NCBI RefSeq assembly: GCF_001194135.2
Contig: NC_068987.1
Span: 43,683,252 to 43,725,579, forward strand
Origin: Octopus bimaculoides
Taxonomy: Eukaryota
Direction: 5' to 3'
DNA: 42,328 nucleotides
Made by a program: the position numbers and the translations under genes. Below are positions 22,477 to 34,801 of the stretch, one piece after another; the first letter of the stretch is position 1; each line of letters opens with the position of its first letter. The notes under the pieces were generated by a model. That model ran no database searches, was not told the origin of the DNA, and saw nothing but the letters and a program-made list of their open reading frames with translations.

Positions 22477-23286
22477 GTAAGTGAATATTCTTTATACCTT
22501 TTATTTGATATATGAAGAAAACTACTACTTCTGAAAGTGATGGTGGTGGAATGGTGGTTAGAAGTAGTATTTGTAGAAATTGTGATGGGTCTAGTTATTG
22601 TAGTGGTGTTAGTATTCTATTGTACTCTATTATATTGCTTGGTTTTCTTTTGTTATTGTAAATGTATGTTGCTCTGTACCATTAGGTAAATCTATCTAAA
22701 CCAGGCTAAGCAAAATTTGTATATCATTCACTCATATATATTTTTAAAAAGTATAATTCATTAAAAATATTTTGATTTAAAAACAACAATTCCTTCATTT
22801 ATGTTATTACTGCTTTCTAATGAGAAATATTTAAAGATATTTTCTAGAAATACTTTAAAAATTGATAAAGAACAATAAAAATTCAGTCATGTTATACTGA
22901 TATAGTCAGAATATCAAACAGGAAATCTGTGTTTGGTGAATATTAGATATTGCATCAATATTTGTCTGGAAATTACCATGCTTTTCCAGATTCAGTTTGC
23001 ATTCATAATGCTCAAAATCATTTCAGGTGTTTATTGGCCCCTTGGATAGCCTTATAGACCCCCAGGGGTTAATAATGACTACTTTGCTGACTCCTGTTGT
23101 AAACTAATATTTGTTTTGATCATTTAAAAAAAGTGAAATCCTACATTAAAATGTTGCTTTGAATTCATATCTTGGACTCGTATCTATTTTTTAATGAAAT
23201 GCTTAAATTACACTTTTAAATCCAAGTTTATGTTTCTTTTGTTTTAATTCTAAAATGAATTTTTTTAATATTGTTTTCTCTTTTAG

Positions 23287-23450
23287 CTTCAAAAAGATGC
23301 TTTTGAAAACACTTTCAAAGAGTTACTGGTTCAATTCTTACCATCTTTGATAATCAGCCTACTCAATGTTCTTGTCCCAACTGTCTTCAATATTATAATT
23401 CGATATGAAGGTTATACATCATCATTTGAGGTGAAGCTGAAGCTACTGAG
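23287..23450 (+). CDS. TMC: TMC exon D (LQKDAFENTFKELLVQFLPSLIISLLNVLVPTVFNIIIRYEGYTSSFEVKLKLL)
   Basis: ttctcttttag/ acceptor, AG/gtatgt donor; FLPS...N..VP and E.Y....E.K..L.R motifs. Confidence 0.94.
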
Positions 23451-24331
23451 GTATGTTGGTCAAAATCTTTGGTGAGGTGTTTTAGGTGCATATGGTCAGT
23501 TGTGAAGTGTCTTGTTAGGTGATGTGATTAGTTAGGGAATGTTTTTCTTGAGCTGTGTTTAGACCTAAACAATCACCCCGTCTATCACTGTTGCAAGGCC
23601 CTTGAAGGTCTTTACCAATATTTGGATAAGGTCTTTGGTCCCAACATAATTTGATATTTGGTACACCATTTGATATTTGGTTGTATCATTTTATATTTGG
23701 ATCTCTCGTTCCTTGCATACAGCCTTCTCTCACACAGGGATGCTTGTTTGTTAGAGGGCACAAGTGAAGTGGATTTTCAGCTGGACTACTTACATGAATT
23801 GAGATGGTAGTTAGGAGTAACCCTTGAGCCATGGTACCTTTCTTTTTCATCCTCATCAGTCTTAATGACCCTGCAAATGTCTTAAGCACGAGTCTTCCTT
23901 TTTTTTACTAAACCATAAAAAAGAAATCATGGAGAGTTAGGTGATATCTTGAGAGCTGTTTAATTGCGTTAGGTAATGATGGGATCAGTTGGTTAATGTT
24001 TTTAAGGAGCTATATAATTGTATCATTTAAGTAGATAATTAGAGAATGTCTTTAAGGAGCTATCTTTCTTTTAGTTTGTCATTGAAGGAGGGACTGTAAC
24101 CTTGACTTTTGCAGTGTCTCCCAGACTGGTGAGACTGATGTTTAGTTTGAATATTTTCAGGGAAAACATTAGCTGGTAAGGAATATTAAAGGAATGCAGT
24201 TCTTAAGTGGAATGTTTCAGAAGAGTTGACTGTGGGATTATGGAATGTATGCAATAGGAGTGGAGGAAGTTTAGTACCGTTTACGGTAACTCCACTTCTG
24301 AGTGTTGTTGGCATTTGTAGAGAACTGCTCC

Positions 24332-24682
24332 AGGCGCAGGAGTAGCAGTGTGGTAAGTAGCTTGCTTACCAACTACATGGTTCTGGGTTTATTCCCACTG
24401 TGTGGCACCTTGGGCAAGTGTCTTCTACTATAGCCTCAGGCTGACCAAAGCCTTGTGAGTGGATTTGGTAGACGGAAACTGAAAGAAGCCGGTCGTATAT
24501 ATATGTGTGTGTGTGTATATGTTTGTGTGTCTGTGTTTGTCCCCGTAACTTAGCGGTTCGGCAAAAGAGACCGATAGAATAAGTACTAGGCTTCCAAAGA
24601 ATAAGTCCTGGGGTCGATTTGCTTGACTAAAGGCGGTGCTCCAGCATGGCCAAAGTTAAATGAATGAAACAAGTAAAAGAGT
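24332..24682 (+). mobile_element. tRNA-derived octopus SINE (same family as 13976-14384, opposite orientation)
   Basis: Head aggcgcaggagtagcagtgtggtaag; core ccttgggcaagtgtcttctactatagcc; tail gaaacaagtaaaagag. Confidence 0.9.
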
Positions 24683-24845
24683 GAAGATGCTAATATAACA
24701 TATGGAGCAGTATGTAAAAATAACAGGTGCCATTAAATACAACTGCTGTCTTTAAACAAATGGGATACTGAAAGAAGTGCCTATAAATGTGACTTGTATG
24801 GTATATGATATTCTGTCACACAACAAAACTTATTCCGATCTTACA

Positions 24846-24846
<1 letters not shown>

Positions 24847-24891
<45 letters not shown>
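24847..24891. repeat. (TG)n microsatellite; others include (CT)n ~4586-4630, (TG)n ~15838-15866, (TA)n ~20597-20628 and ~33826-33868, (CA)n ~25066-25098, (CAT/CAC)n ~35631-35692, (GA)n ~40307-40328
   Basis: Read directly from sequence. Confidence 0.95.
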
Positions 24892-24896
<5 letters not shown>

Positions 24897-25063
24897 GTAT
24901 ATAGATGTGATATACATCTATGTCATCATCATCATTTTAATGTTCACTTTTCCATGCTTGCTTTCGTCAAATGGAAACCCCTTTGAGGCAGATTCTCTAG
25001 TGCTGGATGTCTTTCCTGTCATCAACCCACATGTTGTCAAGATTTAGAGATACAAACTCAACC

Positions 25064-25099
<36 letters not shown>

Positions 25100-25102
25100 G
25101 CA

Positions 25103-25490
25103 CTGGTGTGGCTGTGTGGTTGAGAAATTTGCTTCCCAACTACATAGTTTTGAGTTCAGTTCTACTGTGTATTATCTTGGGCAAGTGTCTTCTACTACAG
25201 CATCAGGATGGCCAAAGTCTTGTGAATGGATTTGCTAAACTGTCATATGTGTGTGTGTTTGTTTGTCTCCTTGTCTTAATATCATGTGGTAGTTGTAAAG
25301 GAGTGTCATTGTCATAGAAGCAGTGCCATTCATTTCCAACATCCTGCAAAATCATGTCAGAGTATGGGAAAATTTTGGCTTACTTGGAAACCAGTGTAGG
25401 TTGACAACAGGAAGGGTCATAGCAAATTCCATCTGGCCCATGCAAACATGGAAAAGTGGATGTTAAAATGATGATGATAATGATGTTTGT
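25103..25490 (+). mobile_element. Older SINE with the same head/core but an RTE-like 3' end and (GAT)n tail
   Basis: gttgacaacaggaaggg...gcatggaaaagtggatgttaaaatgatgatgat matches the RTE tail at 1-295; related fragment at 39620-39900. Confidence 0.7.
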
Positions 25491-25814
25491 GTGTGTGTAT
25501 AAATATATATATGTGTATATGTACATATGTGTTAGCCTTTAGGCTAAAGTGCCATAAGTTTGTATCCCATGGCATGTCAAGTTGTGACCTTTCTTTCCCA
25601 TGAACCATTTGGCTATTAAGGGGAGGTGAGTTATGTATGATTTACACATTCTCTGAAGTTGTGACATTTGTTGCAACTTCTGTCCTTAGAACAGTTACAG
25701 GTATATCAAATATTTTAATCCATTTACTGCACACATCATCTGTCCTGTCCATCCCAACATCGAAAAATGTTCTTCCTGCCAGACTTTTAAAGTGGGAAAT
25801 TATTTCTTCTGCAG

Positions 25815-25929
25815 AATTGTGCTACTACGTCTTGCATCTGTGGCTGTCTTGTTGTTTTCCTTGTATGACAAGTTGATTCAAAACTCTGGCAAAAGTATTT
25901 GCAATTTTAAGAACCAGGAGGAAATTAAG
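25815..25929 (+). CDS. TMC: TMC exon E (IVLLRLASVAVLLFSLYDKLIQNSGKSICNFKNQEEIK)
   Basis: ttcttctgcag/ acceptor, AAG/gtatgt donor; RLAS motif of the TMC4-8 clade. Confidence 0.92.
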
Positions 25930-26035
25930 GTATGTATGGGTGAACATGAACCTCTTTTTTTTTTTTTCGTATTTCTTTGAAATTTTCCTACAAATAGTGT
26001 CTAGTTTGTACTGAGAAACAAAGCTCTGTCGTCAT

Positions 26036-26224
26036 TGTGGTATTATGAAGGTTGACGATATTGTTTAATAAATAGAAAGAGAATTCACCGTGAGATAAGA
26101 TATGTCTGTTTATTTCAAAGCATACACCATAATGGCCTCATACTATTAGGGACTCAGATGTGTTCTTTTAAACTAGAGAGTTCCCTTAATGGGAGGTGAC
26201 TAATTTAAGGGAGATAACGACACA
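26036..26224 (-). repeat. Gypsy 3' LTR (189 bp)
   Basis: TGT..ACA termini; aligns to 30340-30529; short purine run (aagggg on minus) adjacent. Confidence 0.93.
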
Positions 26225-26699
26225 CCCCTTCAGGTTATGAGTTCATAACGACAGTTTGTTTGGTAGTCGAATTCCCCAACCACTCCTGGTGTACACTGCT
26301 GGCTTGGGACTTCCTGAGTTGGTAGGTGGAACATCACTGTGCACAGTGAACTGGGTCTCTGGTTGGTCAACTTGTTCAGCAAGATGTTCTGTTGAATTGT
26401 CGCGGCTGTACTCAGGAATGTCACTGGGTACGGTTTGGTAAGGTGGACAATTCTGTTGGGATAGCTACCTGAGGAAATTTGGTTTTCTCACTTCTATTGC
26501 GAAGATGGCTTCTGTTTCGACAAAGTAGTCCTGAATCTGCCTTGACAGGTACTGACCTTGGTGATAGTTTTCACCACTTTAGCTGGACTGGTTTTAGGTT
26601 TCTTCACCCAAACTGGTTGTCCTTCAGTAAAAGATGCATGCTCTCTAGCTCAATGACATTTGTCGAAATTGACTTTTTGTTTCAATTTGAGCTGAGAGT

Positions 26700-29454
26700 C
26701 TGCATTTTTGTGTTGCTCAACATTTTCTTGGCAGGATACATCTTTATAAGCAATTGTTGGAATGTGAGTCCTGAGTTTCTTATTCATCAACAACTCTGCA
26801 GGACTCTTGCCATGTTGTAGTGGAGTACTGCGATAATTAAGCAGTGTGATATATGGATCACTTGCTTTTTTTTAGAAGGTTTTTAACTGTCTAAACTGCA
26901 CATTCAGCTTCTCCGTTTCCTTGTGGATAATAGGGGCTTCTGGTGAGGTGTAAAAGCCAAAAACATTTGAAAAGCCTCAGAACTCTTTTGATATGAATTG
27001 AGGACCATTATCGGAAATGACAACCTCCGGTATACCATATCTAGCAAATATTGATTTGCAGTTGTCAATAATACTGCCTGATATTGCTGTCCGTAAATGA
27101 GATATCTCTATCCATCTAAAATAGTAGTCAATGACTAATAGATATCTGTGTCCATTCAGTTCGAACAAGTCCATTCCTACCTTCTGCCATGGATAGTCAG
27201 GTAACTTGGTAGGTCATAGTGGTTTTGGTGGATGTTTCTTTTCCTTCTCACAGATACTACACCCTCCTATCTTCTCAGCAATTTGCTTGGAAAGGCCTGG
27301 CCACCAAACGTTGTCCCGCGCCAGTGCTCGGCATTTGATGATACCTTGGTGTCCTTTGTATAGATGATCCAAGATGTCTTTTTGGAGGTCTGTGGGGATG
27401 ATGAGTCAACTCTGATACAGTAAAAGTCCCTGATAAACTGTTAGGTACTGCCGTACAAACCAGTAGGGTCTCAGTTCCGGATCTTGTGTGGCTGCTTCAG
27501 GCTAGTGGTCCATCTTGTAGAAGTTGATAACTTGATCACAGATTTTATCAGTGCTTTGTTTCTGCCTGATTTTCTCCAGTCGTTTGTCACTCACGGAGAT
27601 GTTATCTTTGATAGAATGGACAAACATGTCTGTCTCTGTCTCCTGCTGGAACTCTTGTTTCATTGGTACGCTGCCAGGAGCCCTGGATAGGATGTCTGCT
27701 GTAATGAGGTTTTTCCCTGTGGTGTGTGATCTCGTAGGTGAATCTCATTAGGTGCATGTGGAAACACTGGATTTTTAAAATCAAACCATCGTTGAGTCTT
27801 TAACAGTGGTAGTAGAGGCTTGTGATCTGTTTCTATCAAGAACTTTGGTAGTCCTATCAAGAAGTCAACAAACTTCTCACAACACCACGTGACTGTTAAT
27901 GCTTTCTTCTCAATCTGTGCATATCTCTGCTCTGTCTCAGTGAGAGATCTTGATGCATAGAATACAGGTCTCCAGCCATCTCCTTCCTTCTGAAGAAGCA
28001 CTCCACCCAAGTCATAAGATGATGCATTTGCTGAGACCTTTGTTGACTTGTCAGCACTATAATGCATCACTACTGGTGCAGAGCTCAGTTTTTCCTTCAG
28101 AGTCACAAATGCTGTTTCTTGAGGCTGGTCTCATATCCAAGTGGTTTCTTTTTTTTTAGTAGATTCTGGAGTGGTTTGGTTGTCTCTGCTAAATTCTCAG
28201 TGAATTTGCCAACATGATTTGCCATACTGAGCAACCTTCTTAGCTCAGATACATTTTGTGGTCTGGTCAGTTCCTTTATTACTTTTACTTTTTCAGGATC
28301 TACTCAGATTCCTTCTTTGGATATTATATGACCCAAAAATTTCACCTCACTAGCAGAGAATAAACACTTTTCATTTAGTGTTACTCCTGCTGCTTTCATT
28401 CTTTGTAGTACCTTTTGTACCCTCTGATCGTGCTCTTGTTGTGTTTTTCCACTGACCAGGACATTATCTATGACACAAATGACCCCTGGTATTCCTGACA
28501 CAATGCGTGACATTTCTCTGTTGAAAATTTCTGGTCTGGAGCATATTTCGGAAGGTAACCATAAATAACAGAATTGTCCACTCTGTGTGATGAAAGTGGC
28601 AAGTTCCTGTGAGTCTTCATGCAGAACTTTGGTAGAAACTACTGTTACAGTCAAATTTCATGAACACTGGCTCCTTCAAGTTCAGCAAGAAGTTGAAGGA
28701 AGTGGAAAATTTTCCCTTTTCACACTTTTGTTTAATTTAGAGTAGTCGACACAAAGTTTGACTCCATCTTTTTGGGGGACTGCTACAATGGGAGCACACC
28801 ACTCTGTCAGGGACTTCACTGGATGGATAATTTTCTTTTTTTTTTTAATCACTTTAACTCTTGCTGGACTTTCTTCTTCATGGGAAGTGGTAGTCGTCTG
28901 GGGGCAGCGATTGAAAAAGGTTGAGCTGTTTCATCCAAGTGAATTTTGTATACATGCCTCAATTTCCCTAGGCCTGTAAACAAACTGGGGAATTCTGTTT
29001 TGTATTGGAGACCTACCTTTTTTATCATATTGATTTTACTCAATAAATTGAGAGCTTTGATTGTTAGTCCACCCAATAATGGTTCAGCTAAGTCTTGCAC
29101 AATGTACAGTTCCTGTTGTGATGTTGCTTTCCCATAACTCAATGTGACATCTACACATTCAAGTACTTTTATTTTGTGTTGACCTGGTCCATATAACCTT
29201 TTGTTTGTAGGTTTTATTATTGGAGAATCCTTCCTGAAGAACCAGTCTGGTACAACTGTTACATCTGTGCCAGTATCCAGTCTAAATTCAACAATTATGC
29301 TGCAGATTTTGGTGGTGACTTCTATTTTTGCTTGCCATTCTATCTTATTGTCTTCACAAACTACATTTATATTTTCCAAAGAAACAATCCAAGAAATGAT
29401 GTTCTTACTCTTCAACTCCCCTAACTCTTGAAAAATTCTTGCAAACAGTTGCAT
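26700..29454 (-). pseudogene. Gypsy pol (protease, RT, RNase H, integrase), disrupted
   Basis: FRLDTG; CVIDNVLVSG (decayed YxDD); ANASSYDLGGVLLQ...YASRSLTETEQRYAQIEK..ETDHKPL; DLFE..YLLVIDYY..FARYGIPEVVISDNGPQF; spread over several frames. Confidence 0.93.
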
Positions 29455-29473
29455 AGTGTCCTATTTTCAAACA

Positions 29474-30140
29474 TCATCTGCATCTTGTTGCTGAGGCAGG
29501 GCAGTCATTTCTATTATGAAATGTGAACATTCCACACCGCATGCACTTTCTCTCAGGTATCTTCTTTTTATGTTGATACCCTTTTTTATCATTTGGTCTT
29601 GTGACATGGTTTAATTGTGGATCTGTTGCATTGACTGTTGAGGAGATAGCTTTTGTTTGTTGTTTTGATGTCTCATGTGCTCTACCTCTCTGTAGGCATT
29701 TGTTGAGGGTTAGCTTTTTGTCTGCTAAAAGTTTTTCTCTCAAAAGATCGTCTTTAGCACCAACAACTTGAACCCTAATAAGTTTGTCCCTTAATTCTCC
29801 AAAGTTGCAGTTTTTTGCAAGTTGGCACAAGACAGCTATGTAGGTTTCTATGTTCTCGTGCATCTCACCAATGAAAAATTCCTCGAATTTGTTAATCCCT
29901 TCAGATAGATCATTTTTCTGTTCTTCATTGTCAAATTGTAGTCCTTCATATATATTCTTCTCCAATAGTTGCCAGAAATACAGAAGTTTGATATCCAGTA
30001 TTGACTTCATTTGAGAGTCGACTGGCAATTGAATAATTCAATAAGTTTCGTTTAAATCTTCTCCAATTGCTAGCCACATTTTTTGATAAAGACATTCGCT
30101 CAAGAGGTGGGATATTCACAGAAAAAGGTTTTGCAGACAT
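29474..30140 (-). pseudogene. Gypsy gag, frameshifted
   Basis: NWRRFKRN; LCQLAKNCNFGELRDKLIR; CMRCG..H....C zinc knuckle. Confidence 0.9.
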
Positions 30141-30321
30141 TCTTTAAATTAAATGAAGAAAATAAATTTACAATTCTGTGAAGAATTCTTTCTTTCTTTT
30201 TATGGTATGAACACAGGGCGAAGTCTTTGTTGTTGTTTTTCCAAAGCCAAAAAAAAAAAAAGAGTTCGTTTTTGTTTTTTTCCAGTGAATTTTTTTAAAA
30301 AGTTGCTTCAGATCCTTCGGA

Positions 30322-30339
30322 ATCCCATTTCTGTCACCA
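30322..30339 (-). promoter_or_regulatory. Primer-binding site (tRNA-Leu-like)
   Basis: TGGTGACAGAAATGGGAT directly after the 5' LTR; complement ATCCCATTTCTGTCACCA resembles a eukaryotic tRNA-Leu 3' end (ATCCCACTTCTGACACCA, recalled). Confidence 0.75.
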
Positions 30340-30529
30340 TGTGGTATAATGAAGGTTGACGATATTGGTTAATATATAGAAAGAGAATTCAGCGTGAGAT
30401 AAGATATGTCCATTCATTAGCAAAGCATACACAGTAATGGCCTCTTACTGTTAGGGACAATAATGTGTTCTTTTAAACTAGAAAGTTCCCATAATGGGAG
30501 GTGACTAATCTAAGAGAGATAACGTCACA
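30340..30529 (-). repeat. Gypsy 5' LTR (190 bp)
   Basis: Manual alignment to the 3' LTR gives 21 substitutions and 1 indel. Confidence 0.93.
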
Positions 30530-30649
30530 ATCATAATTTAGACAATAACTATAATCAACAGGTTCATGTTGAATTTCAGAAAAAGCCTTTTCAACTTACA
30601 GATTGAATTTTAGATGGTCAGTTTTCAATAAAAAAACATTCACTTTTGT

Positions 30650-30960
30650 ACATTCAACCCTATTTCTGGTGAAATACCCTATTTCACCATATTTCTAGTG
30701 AAATACGCTAGCTTTGTTCCAATAAATTTTTAAAATAATGATTTTATTGAAATAACTTCATCATTATTAAGCTGGTGTTTGGAATATAAATTAATAGGAA
30801 ATTTTGGATGAAGGTTTTAATTTAGACCACTTTAACCCTTTTGTTACCATTATTTTTTTAAAAATTCTCTGATTTTGAAAATAATGGAGAGGTTAGTAAA
30901 ATAACGTTATCATTATTTTGATAAAGTTTGAATAGATGTTGTATCATAGAACTAGAGGCT
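30650..30960 (+). mobile_element. Two tandem fragments of a TTAACCC-starting (piggyBac-like) non-autonomous repeat
   Basis: tttaacccttttgttacc at ~30831; ttttgaaaataatg..tagtaaaataac repeated and shared with 298-500. Confidence 0.5.
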
Positions 30961-31719
30961 GTCTCAGGCAGATTTGGTATCAAAAGGGTTGAACACTTGA
31001 AACCAAGTTCACCAGTGATTTTTAGTTGCAAATGGGAAATATATAATCTGGATAGTGAAGTTGTCGGTTTAAAAGAAACTGACTGCTTCTCTTTCTCATT
31101 AGTTTTGAATAAATTTGAACCTGCTGGGTGGCTGACCTCCACAACAGAACATAACTTTTGTTGTCACCCACAAATAACTATACCAAACCAATTGTGTTTG
31201 TATCTCGTTAAAGTCTTGATGGGTATGTTCCACAAATATTTCTTGTGTTGGAACTTATGAATATATTCAGCATCAGAGGAGTTTTGAATATATTTTTAGA
31301 AACAAGAGTATGTTGTGTCAGCTGGAAATAACCTTGTGACATTTTTGGATAGCTGCTATTCACTTGGTTGAAGTATTTATTTTTGCTGTTGTTGTTACCA
31401 TGCTTAGTTGTATCTGTAATTCAATGTTACATGCAGGCTGTTCTAGTGATCAGATCAACTGGACCCTTGTCATCATAATTTACAGAATACTAGTTTTGTT
31501 GCCATGCAGAACTCAATGCTGCCTGGAGTAATCTTATGCTTCATCCTTGGCTGTTTCTTCTGAGTCTGTTGATATTACTATTTCTGTTAAATTAAATCTT
31601 CTTGTTGATATCTAAATTTTAATATCAATAGTGTGCTTGTCCACCCTAACATCTCATTACCACTATTTTACCCCTCCTTTCTGCTCCACCCTGCTTTCTT
31701 TCCCCCCACTACTATAATG

Positions 31720-32030
31720 TGAGTAGCCATGTAGCTCCTCTACAATAAGAAGCCTGTTCTGTTTTGTCCCCTTCTCTCATACTTTAATTTCTCATCTCCT
31801 AGTGAAGAGCCACCAACCTCACTATTGTAGCCCCACTCAATTGAAGGGGATCTTACTCTTGTACACTGCCTTGGATAAAGCACCCAGTATACTATGTAAA
31901 CTGTTTTGGCATTTGGAAGGGCATCCATTGTAATGTATCACAAAGTAAACATTGGAGTCTGATGCTTGTCAGATCTTATCAAGCCATCCAATCCACTCCA
32001 GCATGAAGGGGGACATTAAATGTGATTGTG
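31720..32030 (+). mobile_element. Old element with an RTE-like 3' end
   Basis: ttggcatttggaagggcatccattgt...cagcatgaagggggacattaaa matches the RTE tail motif. Confidence 0.55.
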
Positions 32031-32921
32031 GCGGTGAAGAGTATTTCCAGTATAGTCCAATCAAATACTCTAAATACTGGTACCAATACTGATATTGTGA
32101 ATGATTATGTAATCTTGTTGTTAGAGAAAAGCTCCAACAACTATATTTTTTGAAATCTTGATTTGATATTTTTTGGTTACTCTATCTTTGTCTGCAACAT
32201 CTTTGTTTGATATATTTTCATTAATATCTAGTAATATTTCTTTACAAAGATATATAGCATCAGAGATAATCGTTGTACTTTCAGCCACAAAGGTGAAGAT
32301 AGTTAACTATTTCAATAGCAGCAACAAAGGCTGCTCATACTTTTGCCAAATCATTAAATTATAATGTTGCAGACCAGTTTTTGAATTAAAAGTTGTTCAG
32401 GATATATTCACACTTTTTCTTCCGATGTCTTCCATCATCATTCTGTGTTTGGCTTCTGACATATGCAGATATGTGTGTATATATGAATGTGTATGTATAT
32501 ATATGCCGTGCATGTTTGTGTGTGTATGTAGATGCAGAAGTTTGTGTACATGCCTGTATATAAGAATAAGTATATATATAAATGTGTTTATAAGTGTGTA
32601 TGTGCTGGCCTCTGGGTTAAAGAATGATGAGTTAAGAAGCCATAGCAGTCACTTAATTTACTTGGAGAAAAAAGGCCAAGAAAATACTGAACTTTTGAGC
32701 AAGTAACTGACTCATCTTTGCTCATCTGTGTGTGTGTGCGCGCGCACACACACACACACTATTACTGTAGGGTTGAACAAACTCTATAAATTGCAATAGT
32801 TTATTATCCTGAGATGGAATCTTCTACTCCACAACAGAATCAATCCTTGAGTTAATTCACACAATTGATTAATTTATTTATTTAGTGCCCTACTAATGAA
32901 TCTGTCTCATTTGCATTTCAG

Positions 32922-33019
32922 TGTTGGGAAACTTATGTAGGACAACAATTTTATAAATTGATTATTTTGGATTTTGCTATTGTCGTTTTCGTCAACATGG
33001 TCATCCATACTTTGCGTAG
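32922..33019 (+). CDS. TMC: TMC exon F (CWETYVGQQFYKLIILDFAIVVFVNMVIHTLR)
   Basis: ttgcatttcag/ acceptor, AG/gtaaga donor; CWETxVGQ TMC-domain signature. Confidence 0.96.
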
Positions 33020-33824
33020 GTAAGAAACCTCTTTTATCTCTCTCTCTCTTTCTTTTTTCCTTTCTAGCTGTTCCTGTTTGTTGTTGTTCTTATCATTATT
33101 AATATTACGCTTGTGTTTGTAATTACATACACACACACACATAATATATACATATATAGACACATATATTCATACTTACACACACATACATATGTATTTT
33201 ATTGTCTCTGTCTCTCTCTCCCCCTCTCTCTCTCTCTCTCTCTCNNNNNNNNNNCTACGTACATATACATACATACATACATATATATCTTAAAAGTGGC
33301 ACTCCTTGTGGACTTTTAAACTGGTACCTGCGGAGTGCTAATTGGCCTTTGGCCCAAAACTGAAGAGAACAATAATAACAAAACATTAATTGGTATCCTT
33401 CCATCTCAGATTTTTATCAGAGTGTATCATATTTGGAGAATTTTGTATCTCTGTGATATTCAAAGATCCCTGTAAAGCAGCAGGTTGACAGACAGAACAT
33501 CACATTTATTATTGTAGGTAATGGAGGTAACTATCACAAAATTTTGATTTTAAATTTAAAAATAATAAACACAGAATGTTGTGTTTATTATTAAAGCTAA
33601 TGGAGGTAACTCTTGTAAACCATTTGAAACCTCTCACAGTCACTTTACCTGCTAGAAATAACAGCTCAAATGTTCTTACATCAGATCCCAATGCTGGATG
33701 TTCAAGAATCAAATAAAGGTCAGATTTTCAATCCTGAGATCATTCTGATTCCAAAAAGGTATAATATGTCTATGTAGAGCTAATGTAGACTGAGATACAG
33801 GGATCCTGGACAGGCAGAATTTCA

Positions 33825-33872
<48 letters not shown>

Positions 33873-33913
33873 CATGTGAGAGAGAGAGAATTTTTGAACT
33901 GATGTATATTTAG

Positions 33914-33951
33914 AACTAGCAGTAGTACCTGGCGTTGCACAGGTCTTAATA
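33914..33951 (+). mobile_element. Helentron/HINE-like 5' terminus abutting an assembly gap
   Basis: ACTAGCAG followed by hairpin ACCTG-gcgttgca-CAGGT next to a (TA)n tract; similar start at 40781. Confidence 0.45.
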
Positions 33952-34801
33952 NNNNNNNNNNNNNNNNNNNNNNNNNNNNNNNNNNNNNNNNNNNNNNNNN
34001 NNNNNNNNNNNNNNNNNNNNNNNNNNNNNNNNNNNNNNNNNNNNNNNNNNNNNNNNNNNNNNNNNNNNNNNNNNNNNNNNNNNNNNNNNNNNNNNNNNNN
34101 NNNNNNNNNNNNNNNNGCAATGCTCTTCTGATTTCAACACCTTACTCCTCAGCCCAGCACAGATTACAACCATACACTTGCGAATGAAGCCATAGAATGA
34201 AGCACACAGATAAACATATAGGAAAAGAACGAGTTGAACATTTTCAGTGTTTCCTAAGAGGGAACCGTGTGAGCGATAGATTGCTCCCAGTTGAAAGAGG
34301 TTAATGGACAATAGTTGGAATGTCGCCCTCAAGAGGTTCATGCAACACGTAGCCGCCATGTATTTTGTAAAATGGTATCCTTTCCGTTGAATTGGTCACT
34401 TTAATGTTATGAATAAACATACTTGAGGTAATCGACCATATAGAAGGCAGCAGAAATGTCCTCAGATATGCGATACCTAACCTGCCTTTCTGCTGGTCCA
34501 TTTGTAGCAGCTGTTCGACAACATTGTTTCTTCGCATTATTATCATGCACACTATAGCTGATGCATTTAATGTTCAATTGGTCTCTTGTAACAAACTGAC
34601 ACTAAGTGTTTCAATTAGATTAACATAACTCATCCAATAGATCTTGCTTACTTCATTTCCATTCAGCCATTCACTGCAGATTTTCCACCTTATGTATTCA
34701 TGTTTCGTTGTTTGGAAGTCTTTTCAGTTAAGATTATTATTTCTGTATAAAAATGCTGCTATGATTAATTAATTAAGTAATCTCTCACTTTCTCTCTTCA
34801 G

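Larger units (their letters stand above)
26036..30529 (-). mobile_element. Full-length, inactivated Ty3/Gypsy LTR retrotransposon, antisense in TMC intron E-F
   Basis: Two LTRs TG..CA, PBS, gag (CCHC), PR (LDTGTDVT), RT, RNase H, INT in Gypsy order; 5-bp TSD gtcat/atcat. Confidence 0.96.

Noticed and set aside
22850-23075. piggyBac-like right end (CAGGGGTTAA)
   Set aside because: No matching left terminus identified.
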